DNA of 64,000 nt, from assembly GCF_036365525.1 (NCBI RefSeq), contig NC_090399.1, forward strand, positions 31,466,430 through 31,530,429, read 5' to 3'. Below, one piece after another: positions 12,701 to 23,900 of this stretch (within the stretch, counting starts at the first letter, position 1; the number at the start of each line of letters is the position of its first letter). The position numbers and the translations under genes were made by a program. The notes under the pieces are model-generated. The model saw only the letters and a list, made by a program, of their open reading frames with translations. It searched no databases and was not told the origin of the DNA. This stretch comes from Heterodontus francisci. Its lineage: Eukaryota.

Positions 12701-14418
12701 AAATCGAAGCATTGCTTAATCAGGGGCCAGTGTAGGTCATTGAACACAGTGGGAGATAGGAGAACGGGACAGGGTGCGAGTAAGAATACAGGCACCAGGA
12801 TTTTGGATGACCTTATGCTTAGAGAGTAGAATGTTGGAGACCAGCTAGGAGTGCATTGGAATAGTCAAGTCTAGAGGTAACAAAGGAATGGATGAAGGTT
12901 TCAGCAGCAGATGATCTGACATGGTGTATGTAAAAACAAGAAATGCTGGAAATACTCAACAGGTCTGGCAGCATCTGTGGAGAGAGAAGCAGAGTTAACA
13001 TTTCAGGTCAGTGATCCTTCTTCAGAACTGGCAAATATTAGAAATGTCAAAGGTTATAAGCAAGTAAAGCGGCAGTGGGGCAAGAGATAACAAAAGAGAA
13101 GGTGTAGCTAGGACTAGGTCACAGAATAGCTGACCAGAAGGTCATGGAGCAAAGGCAAACAATATGTTAATGGTGTGTTGAAAGACAAAGCATTAGTACA
13201 GATAGCGTCATCGTCATACAGCACTGAAACAGGCCCTTCAGCCCACCAGGTCTGTGCCAACCAACATCCACCCATTTATACTAATCCTACATTAATCCCA
13301 TATTCCCTACCATCTACTTGCACGAGGGGCAATTTACAATGGCCAATTTACCTATCAACCCTCAAGTCTTTGGCTGTGGGAGGAAACTGGAGTACCTGGC
13401 AGAAACCCACACAGTCACAGGGAGAGCTTGCAAACTCAGCACAGGCAGCACCCAGAAGTGAACCCAAGTCTCTGGAGCTGTGAGGTGGCAGTGCTAACCA
13501 CTGCACCACTGTACCAGGTGTTAACAGACTGAAAATTGAACAGCAGCAATTACAAACATGAAAAAACAATGGGTAAGGAAACTGAACAAACTAAGATGAA
13601 ATAAAATAAACACACAAAAATATATAAAAAAGAAAAAATAACTAAAAATCAAAGTAAAATGGGGTGCCCGTCATGCTCTGAAATTACTGAACTCGATGTT
13701 CAGTCCAGCAGGCTGTAGTGTGCCTAATTGGCAAATGAGATGTTGTTCCTCGAGCTTGCATTGATGTTCACTGGAACACTGCAGCAATCCCAGGACAGAG
13801 ATGTGAGCATGAGAGCAGGGGAGAGTGCTGAAATGGCAAGCAACCGGAAGCTTGGGGTCCTGCTTGCGGACTGAGCGGAGATGTTCCGCAAAGTGACATG
13901 GTGTATAGTTTGGCAATGTTATGGGGATGAAAATAGGTGGTCTTAGTAATGCAGTGGATATGTAGTCAGAAGCTCATCGCAGGGTTACATGTGACACCAA
14001 GGTTATGAGTAGTCTGGTTCAGCCTCAGATACTTGCCGGGGAGAGGGATGGTGTCAGTAGCTAGGGAACAGAATTTGTAGTTGGGACTGAAGGCAATGGC
14101 TTTGTTCTTCACAATATTTAACTAGAGGAAATTTCTGCTCATTCAGTACCGAAAGTCTGACTAACAGCAACAGTGGAGGAGTCGAGAGAGGTGATGGTGA
14201 GGTTGAATAAATAACATCTTGGGCAATATAGCAAAAAGGCTGATAGTAATTGAGCAGTGCATTTGCACTGTGCCCACCTCGCTTTTGTATTGCCCATTCA
14301 GTATTGCCCTTTTTTGCACAGTCACCCAAGACAAACCTATACCCCTTAAGAAACAATGCAATGTCCACTTACCCAAGAGGGCAGCCAATATCCATAGGAT
14401 CCATAGGATGGGGCTCAT
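599..14418 (-). CDS. NCR3-like: NKp30/NCR3-family type I receptor with three VJ-type Ig domains; spliced model join(14373..14418,12037..12375,11336..11668,9423..9755,8156..8269,5954..5972,5335..5372,3555..3595,1269..1310,1141..1184,599..764), 1515 nt, 504 aa
   Basis: All introns are GT-AG and the phases chain without a stop (1,1,1,1,1,2,1,0,0,2). The V domains align by eye with human NKp30 (EVRNGTPEFRGRL vs EVSNGTAEYTGRI; IRDVRGHD vs IKDVRVND; CRVEVLGLGVGTGNGTRLVV vs CKVTILQLGEEYGTGTNLTV). The ectodomain and TM are more certain than the tail. Confidence 0.85.
1141..1184 (-). CDS. NCR3-like: 44-nt cytoplasmic micro-exon DVNQEEQSIDTPME(R)
   Basis: Acceptor ttgtgttccaaag after an 84-nt intron, donor AAG|gtacgt, phase 0 to 2. 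Confidence 0.7.
1269..1310 (-). CDS. NCR3-like: 42-nt cytoplasmic micro-exon NQDGNLLESDPLCM
   Basis: Acceptor ttattttgtggcag, donor ATG|gtaagg, phase 0-0. Confidence 0.7.
1638..1667 (-). CDS. Possible optional 30-nt exon IARRFPLMYN
   Basis: Donor AAT|gtaagt, weaker acceptor catgttaaag. Phase 0-0 fits between the 3555 and 1310 exons but is not required. Confidence 0.3.
3555..3595 (-). CDS. NCR3-like: 41-nt cytoplasmic micro-exon (A)SLNSSQLAGMQDL
   Basis: Acceptor tttattttgcag, donor CTG|gtaagt. Only the phase-1 frame is open; ends in phase 0. Confidence 0.75.
3850..4170 (+). mobile_element. Degenerate DeuSINE (SacSINE1-like)
   Basis: gtactgagggagtgctgcactgtc...gaagagtaggatgttctcccagtgtgctggtcaatatt, shared with the copies at 45.5, 54.1 and 62.1 kb. 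Confidence 0.55.
5335..5372 (-). CDS. NCR3-like: 38-nt cytoplasmic micro-exon EETDIPENTSTA
   Basis: Acceptor cttgctttgcag, donor CGG|gtaaga, phase 2 to 1. Confidence 0.75.
5954..5972 (-). CDS. NCR3-like: 19-nt cytoplasmic micro-exon (D)VQQVQ(R)
   Basis: Acceptor cccttttcattag, donor AAG|gtgagt. Phase 1 to 2 is corrected exactly by the next 38-nt exon. Confidence 0.72.
7531..8065 (-). mobile_element. Internally deleted solo LTR (related to the 25945 and 58389 LTRs), with a Penelope terminal fragment at about 7615-7768
   Basis: TG...CA termini, flanks ctcag/ctcgg (5 bp, 1 mismatch). The ends match the reverse complement of the other LTR ends (cccccacctgccaaga; cacctggtcgtaaca). Confidence 0.75.
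8156..8269 (-). CDS. NCR3-like: Transmembrane exon EKTKSITTVLLILFISAAGEIGIFLIVALRYVQLRRKK
   Basis: Acceptor ctctcttctccatag, donor AAG|gtgagg, 114 nt, phase 1-1. About 24 hydrophobic residues followed by a basic stop-transfer RRKK. Not in the ORF track. Confidence 0.88.
9126..9361. repeat. 45-bp minisatellite, about 5 copies
   Basis: The unit CCCACCCAGTCCCAGAGTGGGAAAGGACAGTGTCTGACCCATTG(T/C) is repeated head-to-tail. Confidence 0.93.
9423..9755 (-). CDS. NCR3-like: Ig V domain 3 (VJ in one exon): GISADFRVIQ...LIPC...YNWY...DFGMYYC...YGTGTYLTVI
   Basis: Acceptor ttggtttctag, donor G|gtcagt, 333 nt, phase 1-1. Overlaps ORF 9361..9723. Confidence 0.93.
9980..11013 (+). mobile_element. 5'-truncated CR1 LINE, antisense in the V2-V3 intron
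   Basis: RT motifs GVPQGSVLGP, KFADD, LEYCVQFWSP; (ttctttg)n tail. Confidence 0.93.
11336..11668 (-). CDS. NCR3-like: Ig V domain 2 (VJ in one exon): GSNAEKFTVIQ...FLHC...YSWY...DSGVYYC...YGTGTNLTVR
   Basis: Acceptor tttctgatttccag, donor G|gtcagt, 333 nt, phase 1-1. Lies within ORF 11157..11615. Confidence 0.93.
12037..12375 (-). CDS. NCR3-like: Ig V domain 1 (VJ in one exon): GCKAERFTVIQ...FLPC...YSWY...DSGVYYC...YGAGTSLTVR
   Basis: Acceptor tttctgatttccag, donor G|gtcagt, 339 nt, phase 1-1. Canonical Cys, Trp, DxGxYxC and J-like GxGT motifs. Confidence 0.93.
12930..13893 (-). mobile_element. 5'-truncated Penelope-like element (GIY-YIG C-terminus, 3'UTR and terminal repeat)
   Basis: ORF 13671..13916 (HFAEHLRSV...PVACHF...LGTLQPAGLN). 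13-bp TSD tgacatggtgtat at 12917-12929 and 13894-13906. Confidence 0.85.
13205..13515 (-). mobile_element. tRNA-derived V-SINE (HE1-like) inside the Penelope element
   Basis: Reverse strand reads cagtggtgcagtggttagcac...gagtttgcaagctctccctgtg...ttcctcccac. Confidence 0.8.
14373..14418 (-). CDS. NCR3-like: Leader exon MSPILWILWILAALL(G)
   Basis: ATG at 14418 and a hydrophobic 15-mer. Phase-1 donor G|gtaagt at 14372. Acceptor ccttccactgcag just upstream (exon starts 14422). Confidence 0.88.
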
Positions 14419-15853
14419 TTCCCTGCAGTGGAAGGACGGATAAATCAGACAAGACATGAAGTTAACAGTCGAAGTTAGGAAATGAAAATACCTCACTGCA
14501 ATTGGGATGGTGAAGGTCATTGAAGATGAGAACTGAGGGTCTTGTGTTTCCTCCTTGTGCAAGCCCCCAGAAATTGCACCCGGAATTGCGGCCAATGTTG
14601 CACTCAATCTGCCGTTGTTCAAGTTACACCCAGTATTCACGCAATCCTCACTAGAATATGCCCGAATTTAAAATGGTTTAGAATCAACATAGATTTTTTG
14701 GACCAAAGAAACTCCTGAACCCAAAGCAGAATACTTCATATTTATGTCTTAAAATTGCAGTTTCAACTTATTAAACCATATCCGCCCACATCAAGCGCAC
14801 AACTTTATAAAGGACCTGCTGATCGGGGAAGCTTTTCAACTTCTAATGTGACATTAATTCGCCATAAAAATGCATTAAAAGAAAGTCAAACTACAATGCC
14901 AATCTCACTGGGGACACTTATTTTTTTTTAAAGTTGAAATGCAATTTAAAAACTAACACAAAATGATTGCTTCCTGGTCTGCCTGAAAATCTGGGCCAAC
15001 CAGTTCAAATGGAGGATGTTTGGTCAGAATTGACAGTCTGGATGTAGCCACTTTTGCGGGGAGCATCTGGTTGGAAGGGAAGGTTTGCTTGAGTATAAAG
15101 GATGGAGGAGAATTGTGCATGTTGTAGCTACAGTCGTAACTCACTTACGCCCAAATTTCCACGATGGTTTGAACCACACAATTGGCGTGTGTCCAGAATA
15201 CATGTGCATCTGGGCGCAAATGTGACGGAAATTCTTTCTCTCTGTTTAGACATTTGCTACCTTTTCTGTGTTTGAGTAATCTGAGCAGCCATGCTGAATG
15301 GGACGGATTGAGAAATTATGTTGGGTGTGATGGATATATCCTGAGGTTCTACTGTTGTGTTCACTAGCACCGTCACTGGACGCTGAGTTCCCCGTCTCAC
15401 CAGCCTCTCTGCTGTAGTTCGTGCAGGACTGGTTGTACTCACCCATTTTGGGGGGCCAGACGCAGAGACAAGTAAACAGGGGTTTAAAAAGAACTTTCAT
15501 GTTGATTAGAAATAAGCCATGAGGAGTTGAAAATACTCTCAAATTAAAATTTGCAATATGTCAGACACGCATAATATACAATAAATCAAGCCACTTTTTA
15601 AGCTTCTTTCCAACCCCTTAACTGTGAGAAAAACACAAATGGTTGGTTGTGACATTGTTCACCTGATATGTAACGGTGAAACTTTCCTCTGCCCTTAATT
15701 TTCGCAGAAATCGCAACCAGATTAGATTGAAATGGTTACATTAGGTTAAGGGACAACCGAAGATGATGCTACTGAGGACAACTTTCCTCGCTAGATTAAA
15801 GACAGAAATATAAAATAAGATTGAGGCCAAAGTAATAAGATTGAGGCCATTAC

Positions 15854-15934
15854 CTGTATAACGTAACTTTTAAAATGACAGCCAGCTCTTCTGCCAACAC
15901 CGGTTGACTTCATGAAAATAAACACAGGGAATAT
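15854..15934 (-). other. Putative 5'UTR exon of the NCR3-like gene
   Basis: Acceptor tgttttaatttcag and donor CAG|gtaatg enclose 81 nt of unique sequence upstream of the leader exon. Confidence 0.45.
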
Positions 15935-16216
15935 CTGAAATTAAAACAGAAACTGCACAAAGTGCCCAGTAGCCCAGTCAGTCAAACTAAAGTCGAACTC
16001 CTTCCCCCGGATAAAGATAAAATCCATCAGCGTTATGAATATTTCTCGAACCCCGAGTCCCGAGCAATCATTCAGTTCTGCTCATCCCCAAACCAGCTTC
16101 CTTCCCTCACAATCTGTTCTACCTTCCTAGTATATGCTGGGGTAAAGACAGTTATTTCTGAACTCTACTTTTGCTGAAGGCTGTTGATTTTTGCACATAA
16201 ATCGTATAATTATTAC

Positions 16217-16580
16217 CTGAAAACTTAAATCCACAGACTGTCTTCCCGGGAGATGTAAAGCTTGTTCGCAGGAGACCCCGCCTCTCTTGGACGCTGATCA
16301 ACCCAGCTCGTTTGCAGGCGTTTAATTTCACAAACTTTGCAATGAGCTCGGCTTCTGAACCCGACACATTTACATTCCTGCAACTTCGAGCAGCCCCGTT
16401 TCCATGCTTATTTTCGCCGTGTCCACAAATAAACGCGCCTGTTCTGCTTCGAACGCGGTTTGAATGACCGATGACAGGCGAATCACTCGTTCTATTTTAA
16501 TCCATCAAGCGGTCGGCTTGACACAAGCACAAAACCCATATCTACTTCACCACACTCACACTGCGGCGGAGATATTCACG
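16217..16580 (-). promoter_or_regulatory. CpG-enriched putative promoter and first exon of the NCR3-like gene
   Basis: Non-repeat segment with visibly more CpG than its flanks, ending in donor CAG|gtaata at 16216. TE-dense DNA begins just beyond. Confidence 0.4.
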
Positions 16581-16764
16581 CTGATAGACACACACACTGT
16601 GCCAGAGATATTCACTCAGATACAAAGGTATTAATATAGAAAAATTCATATTGGTTCAAACAAATGTTGTTACACTGACAGTGTGAAATTCACACACATG
16701 CATACACAGGCAAGCATTCAGAGATACACAAAAACACACTCAGACAAATGTAACACCTATATTC

Positions 16765-18140
16765 ATGAAGGAAATTTTTTAAAAAGAGCAAACTATAGGC
16801 TAGTGAACCTAACATCTATGATAGGGATGTTGCTACAACCCATTATTAAGGAGGTAATAGCAGGACATTTAGAAAATCATTATCCAATCAGGCAGTGTCA
16901 AAATGGTTTTGTGAAAGGGAAATTATGTTGACCAATTTATTAGAGTTACTTGAGGACGAAACTACCAGGGTGGATAGTGCACAACAAGGATATGTAGTTG
17001 GGTTTCCAAAAGACGCCACATAAGGTGCCACATAAGGTGCCACATAAAAGGTTACTACACAAGATATGAGCTCATGGTGTTGGGGGTAACATATTAGTAT
17101 GGATAGAGGATTGGTTAACTAACAGGAAAATGGGTCATTTTTTGGTTGGCAAATTGAAAGGAGTGGAGTCCCACAGGGATCAGTGCTGGGGCCTCAACTA
17201 GTTATAATCTATATTAATGACTTGGAGTGTATGGTTGCTGAATTTGCTGATGACACAAAGATATATAGCAAAGCAAGTTGTGACAAAGCCACAGTGTGTC
17301 TGCAAAGGGATATAGATAGGTTAAGTGAGTGGGCAAAACTTTGGCCAATGGAGTATAATGTGCAGAAATATGAGATTGCCTACTTTGGCAGGAAGAATAG
17401 AAAACAGAATTTTATTTAAATGGAGAGAGACTGCAGAAATCTGTGGCATGGAGGGATCTGGGTGTCCTTGTGTATGAATCACAAAAAGCTAGCATGTAGG
17501 TACATCAACTGATGGAAGGCAAATGGAATGTTGGAATTTGTTGCAAGAGGAATAGAATATCAAAGTAAGGCAGAGTCGCTACAGTTGTACAGTGCCTTAG
17601 GAGACCACATCTGGAGTATCGTATACAGTTTTAGTCTCCTTACTTAAGAAAGGATATAATTGCATTGTAAGCAGTTCAGAGAAGATTCACTCGTCTGATT
17701 CCTGGGATTAAGGGGTTGTTTTATAAGTAAAGGTTGAGCAGGTTAGGCATATATCCACTGGAGTTTACAAGAATGAGAGGTGATCTTATTGAAACACATA
17801 AGATTCTGAAGGGTCTTGACAGGGTGGATGCCGGAAGGATGTTTTCCCTCAATGGGGAATCTGGAACTAGGGGGCACAGTTTAAAAACAAGGGATTTTCC
17901 ACTGAAGATGGAACTAAAGAGGATTTTATTTTCTCTCAGCAGGTCATTAGATTTGAGAATTATCTTCCTTAGAGTGCAGTGGAGGCTGGCTCATTGAATA
18001 TATTCAAAGCTGAATTAGACATATTTTTGATCTACAAGTGAATCAAGGGTTATGGGGAGCAGGCAGGAAGGTGAAGTTATTGGATGGGGAATCAGGCTCA
18101 AGGTCCAGAGTAGCCTACTCCTGCTCCTATTTCTTATGAT
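16765..18140 (+). mobile_element. Degenerate CR1 LINE (RT region to 3' end)
   Basis: NYRLVNLTS, EFADDTK and RGDLIET fragments, with stops and frameshifts. Confidence 0.88.
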
Positions 18141-18212
18141 CTTAGACTCAAATATAAAGGCAGACACACTCACGCAGACACACTCACTGAGGCACACAAT
18201 TCAGATACACAC

Positions 18213-18820
18213 TGTACAAGAATAGAGAAGTCTTGCTATAATTGTACAAGGTTTTGGTGAGACCACATCTGGAATACTGTAAGCAGTTTTGGTCTCCACA
18301 TTTAAGAAAGGATATACTTGCATTGGAGGCAGTGCAGTGAAGGTTCATTAGATTGGTCCCTGGGATGAGGGGGTTGTCCTTTGGTGAGAGACTAAGTAAA
18401 TTGGGCCTGTCTTCTCTGGAGTTTAGAAGAATGAGAGGTAACCACATTGAAACATGTAAGATTCTAAAGGGACTAGATAGGGTAGACACAAAGAGGTTAT
18501 TTCTGCTGGTTGGGAAATCTAAAACACGGGAGCACAATCTCAGGATAGGTGAACAATCATTTAGGACTGAGATGAGGAGAAATTACTCCACTCAAAGGAT
18601 TGTGAATCTTTGGAATTCTCTACCCCAGAGGGTTGTGGATGCTCCATCGTTGACTACATTTAAGGCTGGGATAAACAGATTTTTGGTCTTATCGAGGGAT
18701 ATGGCGAGCGGGTGGGAAAGTGGAGTTGAATCCTAAGATCAGCCACGATCATTTTGAATGGTGGAGCAGGCTCGATGGACCATTTGGTCTACTCCTGATC
18801 CTATTTCTTGTGTTCTTGTG
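18213..18820 (+). mobile_element. CR1 3' fragment inserted in a CA-rich repeat
   Basis: ORF 18353..18736 (CR1 ORF2 C-terminus) and a (ttcttgtg) tail. Confidence 0.85.
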
Positions 18821-19515
18821 CACAATACAGATACACACTCACACTCTCACTGAGGTACACAATACAGATACAGACTCACACTGACACTCTCACTGAGGTG
18901 CATAATACAGATACAGACTCACACAGATACTTTCACTGAGGTACACAATACAGGTGCACACTCACACAGACAGACTGACTGAGGTACATAATAGATACAC
19001 ACTCACACAGACAGTTTCACTGAGGTACACAATGCAGATACAGACTCACACAGACACTTTCACTGAGGTACACAATACAGGTGCACACTCACACAGACAC
19101 ACTGACTGAGGTACATGATACAGATACACACTCACGTGGACACACTCACGCACACACTTACAGAGACACACACACTGCTACACAATACAGATAGACACTC
19201 AGACAGACACACTCACACACACTCACATGGACACACTCACACAGACACACTCACATTGGTAGACAACACAAATACACACTCACAAAGACCCACTCATACT
19301 GGTACATAACACAGGTACACACTCACACTAATACACAACACAGGTGCACATTCACACAGACACACACTGACACAGACACAGACACACATACACACACTAG
19401 TACACAGCACAGGTACATGCTCACACAGACACACACTCACACAGACACACAACAGAGATAAACACTCACACAGACACATTTGCACAGGTACATACACAAA
19501 CACTCACATATGCAC
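18821..19515. repeat. Degenerate CA-rich minisatellite (cactgaggtacacaatacagatacacactcacacaga-like units)
   Basis: Units of about 35-40 bp decay into (CA)-rich sequence. Confidence 0.85.
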
Positions 19516-19779
19516 AACATCGGCACAGAAATTCACCCATGGAAGTATTCTAGTTATTGTTGATGTGTAACCACTCACTAATATAGACATAGAATCATTC
19601 AATCAAACAAATTGACATAGCCTCAACACAGAAGATCCAGATGACAAGCACAGCAGTGTTCAAAATGATGAGAGGTTTTGATAGAACAATTAAGGCAAAT
19701 TTATTTCCAGTGATAGAAGGTTTGGTAACCAGATAACAGTGATTTACAATAATTTGCAAAAGAACCAGAGAGCAAGAAA

Positions 19780-20675
19780 AGATTTCCACCCCACCAGCCT
19801 CCACATCCAAAGGATCATCCTCTGCCATTTCCACCACCTCCAGTGTGATGCCACCACCAGACATATCTTCCCTTCCCCTGCCCTGTCAGCATTTCAAAGG
19901 GATTGTTCCCTCTGCAGCACCCTGGTCCACTCCTCCATCACCCCCGACACCTCGTCCCCTTCCCATGGCACTTTCCCATGCAATTGCAGGAGGTGTAATA
20001 CCTGCCCTTTTACCTTCTCTCTCCTCACCATCCAAGGCCCCAAACATTCCTTCCAGGTGAAGCAGCAATTTACTTGTATTTCCTTCAATTGAGTATACTA
20101 TATTCGCTGCTCACAATGTGCTTGTTTCTATGTTGGGGGAGACCAAATGCAGATTGGGTGAGAACTTTGTAGTCCAAAAGCACGACCCTGACCTTCCGGC
20201 CACTTGCCATTTCAACATCCACCACCACCACCCCTTACCCCCCGCCCCCACCACATCCACCCCCCCCCCTACCCCGCCCCCGCCCATCCCCTCCCCTGCT
20301 ATCATGCCAACATTTCTGTCTTTGGCCTGCTCTAGTGTTCCAATGAACATCAACACAAGCTTGAAGAGCAGCACCTGATCTTTCAATTCGCCACTCTACA
20401 GCCTTGTGGACTGAACATTAAGTTCAATAACTTCAGTGCATGACTGGCCTTTTTTATATTTTCATTTTATTTTATTTTATTTCATTTCTAACTATGTTCC
20501 TGCTTTTCATGTCGACAGAGCTACTCATTATTCTACTATTACTTTCTCTGGACTAATGCTTTGTCTTCCACCACAAGCATTAACACACGCTTTGCCTTTG
20601 TCTGATGACAGCCTTGTTATTTAATTTGTCCTGCCCTCTTCCCTATCAGACACCTTCCTTTTTTGTTCTCTTCCC
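19780..20675 (+). mobile_element. Penelope-like element fragment (GIY-YIG endonuclease region and 3'UTR)
   Basis: PSHGTFPCNCRRCNTC...GPKHSFQVKQQFTC; GETKCRLGENF...PATCHFN. Homologous to 13671-13893. Confidence 0.82.
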
Positions 20676-20864
20676 CGCTACGCAGGGAGATGGTTACAGA
20701 GTAGTAATGTCACTGCACTAGTATTTCAGAGGCCTAAGCCAAATCCCTGAGGACATAGGTTCAAATCTCACCAAGGCAGCTGGTGGAATTTAAATTCAAT
20801 TAATTGATAAGTTAAAATAATTAATTAAAATAATCGGGAATTTAAAACTAGTTCTATAATATTG

Positions 20865-21556
20865 AGAAATGTAGAGGAAGTGAGGGACCTTGGAGTGAAT
20901 GTCTACAGATCCCTGAAGATAGCAGGACAGGTCGATAAGGTGGTTAAGAGGAATATAGAATCCTTTCTTTTATTAGCTGAGGTATAGGATACATGAGCAG
21001 GGAGGTTATGCTGTATAACTTGAGTACTGCGTGCAGTTCTGGTCACCTCATCACAGAAAGGATGTAATTGCACGAGAGAGGGTACAGAGGAGATTTACGA
21101 GGATGTTGCCAGGACTGGAAAAATGCAGCTAGGAGGAAAGATTGAATAGGCTGGGATTGTTCTCCTTGGAATAGAGAAGGCTGTAGGGAGATCTGATTGA
21201 AATGTACAAAATTTTGAGGGGTCTGGATAGAGTGGAAGCAAAAGGTCTATTCACCTTAGCAGAGAGGTCAGTGACAAGGGGGTATAAATTTAAACTGATT
21301 GGTAGAATAGTTAAAGGGGAGATGAGGAAAACCTTTTTCACCCAGAGATTGGTGGGGGTCTAGAAATCACTGCCTGAAAGGGTAGTTGAGGCAGAAACCC
21401 TCAACTCATTCAAAAGGAGTCTGGATATGCACCTCAAGTGTTGTAATCTGCAGGGCTACGGATCAAATATTGGAAGGTATTAGAATGGATGGATCGTTTT
21501 CCAGATGACACAGACATGATGGGCCTCTTTCTGTGCCTTAAGCTTTATATGATTGT
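20865..21556 (+). mobile_element. CR1 3' fragment
   Basis: Near-colinear with 46530-46920 plus 48450-48785. Confidence 0.85.
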
Positions 21557-23504
21557 ATACCACCCACCACCACCCCTCCCCGCCCCACCCCATTCGCTTG
21601 CTTAAAACCTAATTCTTTTCTAACCTTTGCCAGCTCTGATGAAAGATCATATTTTCCACTTGGGAAAACCGCTACATTTGCAGAATTTTCTATTTTCGTT
21701 TCAACAATGTTACCATTATTTTCAAGATTTGGGCTTTGGAATTATCCCGTCCCAATGCTACAGACCTGAAACGGCATTTCTGCTTCTCTCTTCACAGAAG
21801 CTGTCTGACCTGTCGAGTATTTCCAGCACTTTCTGTTTTTATTTCAGATTTCCAGCCTTTGCAGCATTTTGCTTTAATATTAGCATGAAGAGATTTTTTT
21901 TAACCCAGTGAGTTGTAGCGATCTGGAATATGTTGTCGGAAAGGGTAGTGGAAGCAGACTTAATAGTAACTTTCAAAGGAACTGGATAAACACCTGAAAA
22001 GGGAAAATTTGAAAGGTGTTTTTACAAAGATCCGACATAGACATGATGGGCTGAATGGCCTCCTTTTGTGCTGCAGGATTTTATAATAACCTACTTTAAA
22101 CAGATGTATGAACAACCTATTAAAATACCGTGCGAAGTCATTTCATCATTACATGAAGTGAGAAAAATAAATTGCAGGAGTGCAGGGAAAAGGCAGGAGA
22201 GTGGGGCGAGGTGAGTTGCTCTTGAAGAGAGCCGGCGCGGACATGACGGGCCGAAAGGCCTCCTCCTGCGCTCGAACCACTCGATGATTCTATAGCATTG
22301 GGAAGGGATGAATCCAAAGCTCAACTGTTTAAAATAATGGCAACATTGTTGAAATGAAAAATAGAAAATTCTGCAAATGCACAGCAGGTTTTTCAAGTGG
22401 AAAATCTGACCAGACTTTTTGTGTTTCAAATTAGCACCATGCTTTTTTCCTTCTTAGCATCTCCTGATAATGTGCATCGATTATTAAAGGATGAACTTTT
22501 CAGAGACATGATGTGAAACACAACTGTGCGAACACATCCCCTGTTTATTGTTAAAAGGGTCTTTTGCCAGACACCCCCCACTCCCCACCCCTGCCATACC
22601 ATGTTAGCTAAAGCTCACGCAGCCTGATGTGTCTCAGCCCCAGGTCAATCTCCATTACCTTGAACAAGTGGTGAAATTAGGTTGCCTCAAAAGCTCCTGC
22701 TATCCAATGACGGCTTGCATCCGCCTCCTGGCTTGACGAGAATGGATTACCCTGCACCGTTCTGGGAGTAGATTCAGCTGCGCTTTGAAAAATTACTTCC
22801 TTGCCCTCTTGCAATAGGCGTTGCAGGTTTAAAACCTGGAGGGGAGGAGCAACCTCACATCTTCAGACCAACACCCCAGCTGTCGGCTGCAAGGATGGGA
22901 AGTAGCCCAGAAATTTCGTTGGTCACCCCCACTGTCGAAACTGGCCGGATGAACCTGGGATGCAGGATGGGGACTCTGGGAGTTCAGGTACACATCAACC
23001 AGGATCTAGTTGAATGGCAGAATAGGCTCGAGGGGCTGAATGGCCTCCTGCTGTCCCTCTGCTCCTGTGAGTAAGCACAGATCTAGATGGTGCAATGACC
23101 TGTGGAGCATGTCAGTTCCTCGTCTGCTGGGAATATTGTTGAAATGAAAACTGAAAATTCTGCCAACGCAAGTGTTTTTATGTTTTAAACAGAAAGTGCT
23201 GGCAATACTCAGCAGGTCTGACGGCACCTGTGGAGAGAGAAAGAATAAACGCTTTATCATCAGCACTGCAAGGTCAAAGAAACAAACGGAAATCCCATCG
23301 GGGAGAAAAACAGAACTTCTTCAGGGTAGGCATCCCTGAAGAGAAGTGGCAGTGAATTAAACACTAAAATAAAAGCAAAATATTGCGGATACTGGAAATC
23401 TGAAATAAAAACAGAAATACTCAGCAATTCTGGCAGCATCTGTGGAGAGAGAAACAGAATAAACAGAGATAGGTCTGTGACCTTCCATCAGAACTGTTTT
23501 ATGA

Positions 23505-23790
23505 TGTGTGTGGTGAGACAGGGACACCAGCAGCTGGAGATGGGGGCGGGGATGGGTGGTGGGGGTTGGTGGAGGGGGACTGAATGCAGTGTGAAAGGGA
23601 CACCAGCAGATGGAGAAGGTGAGAGGATTAACTCGGTGCAAGGAGATAGGAACACCAGCAGAAGGAGATGGTGATAGGGGGTAATTGAGTACAGTGAGAC
23701 AGAGACACCAGCAGATGGTGATAAAAAGAGGGGGTGACTGCAGTGAGACAGGGACACCAGCAGATGGAGATAGTGTGGGAGATGAGTGCA
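23505..23790. repeat. Degenerate tandem repeat with core gagacagggacaccagcagatggaga
   Basis: About 5 recurrences of acaccagcag at roughly 50-80 bp spacing. Confidence 0.65.
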
Positions 23791-23900
23791 GTTTCAAAAT
23801 TTGCAGGTGGCACAAAACTTGGAAGTATTGTAAACAGTGAGGAGGATAGTGATAGACTTCAAGAGGATATAGTGAGGCTGTTGAAATTGGGCAGACAAGT

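Larger units (their letters stand above)
12420..14215 (-). mobile_element. L2-clade LINE remnant interrupted by a Penelope insertion
   Basis: Translated motifs ETFIHSFVTSRLDYSNALLAGL and DLHWP; the sequence resumes after 13906. Confidence 0.75.

Noticed and set aside
18821-19515. Regularly spaced repeats resembling a CRISPR array or a His/Thr-rich protein
   Set aside because: This is a degenerate CA-rich vertebrate minisatellite with no unique spacers and no cas genes.
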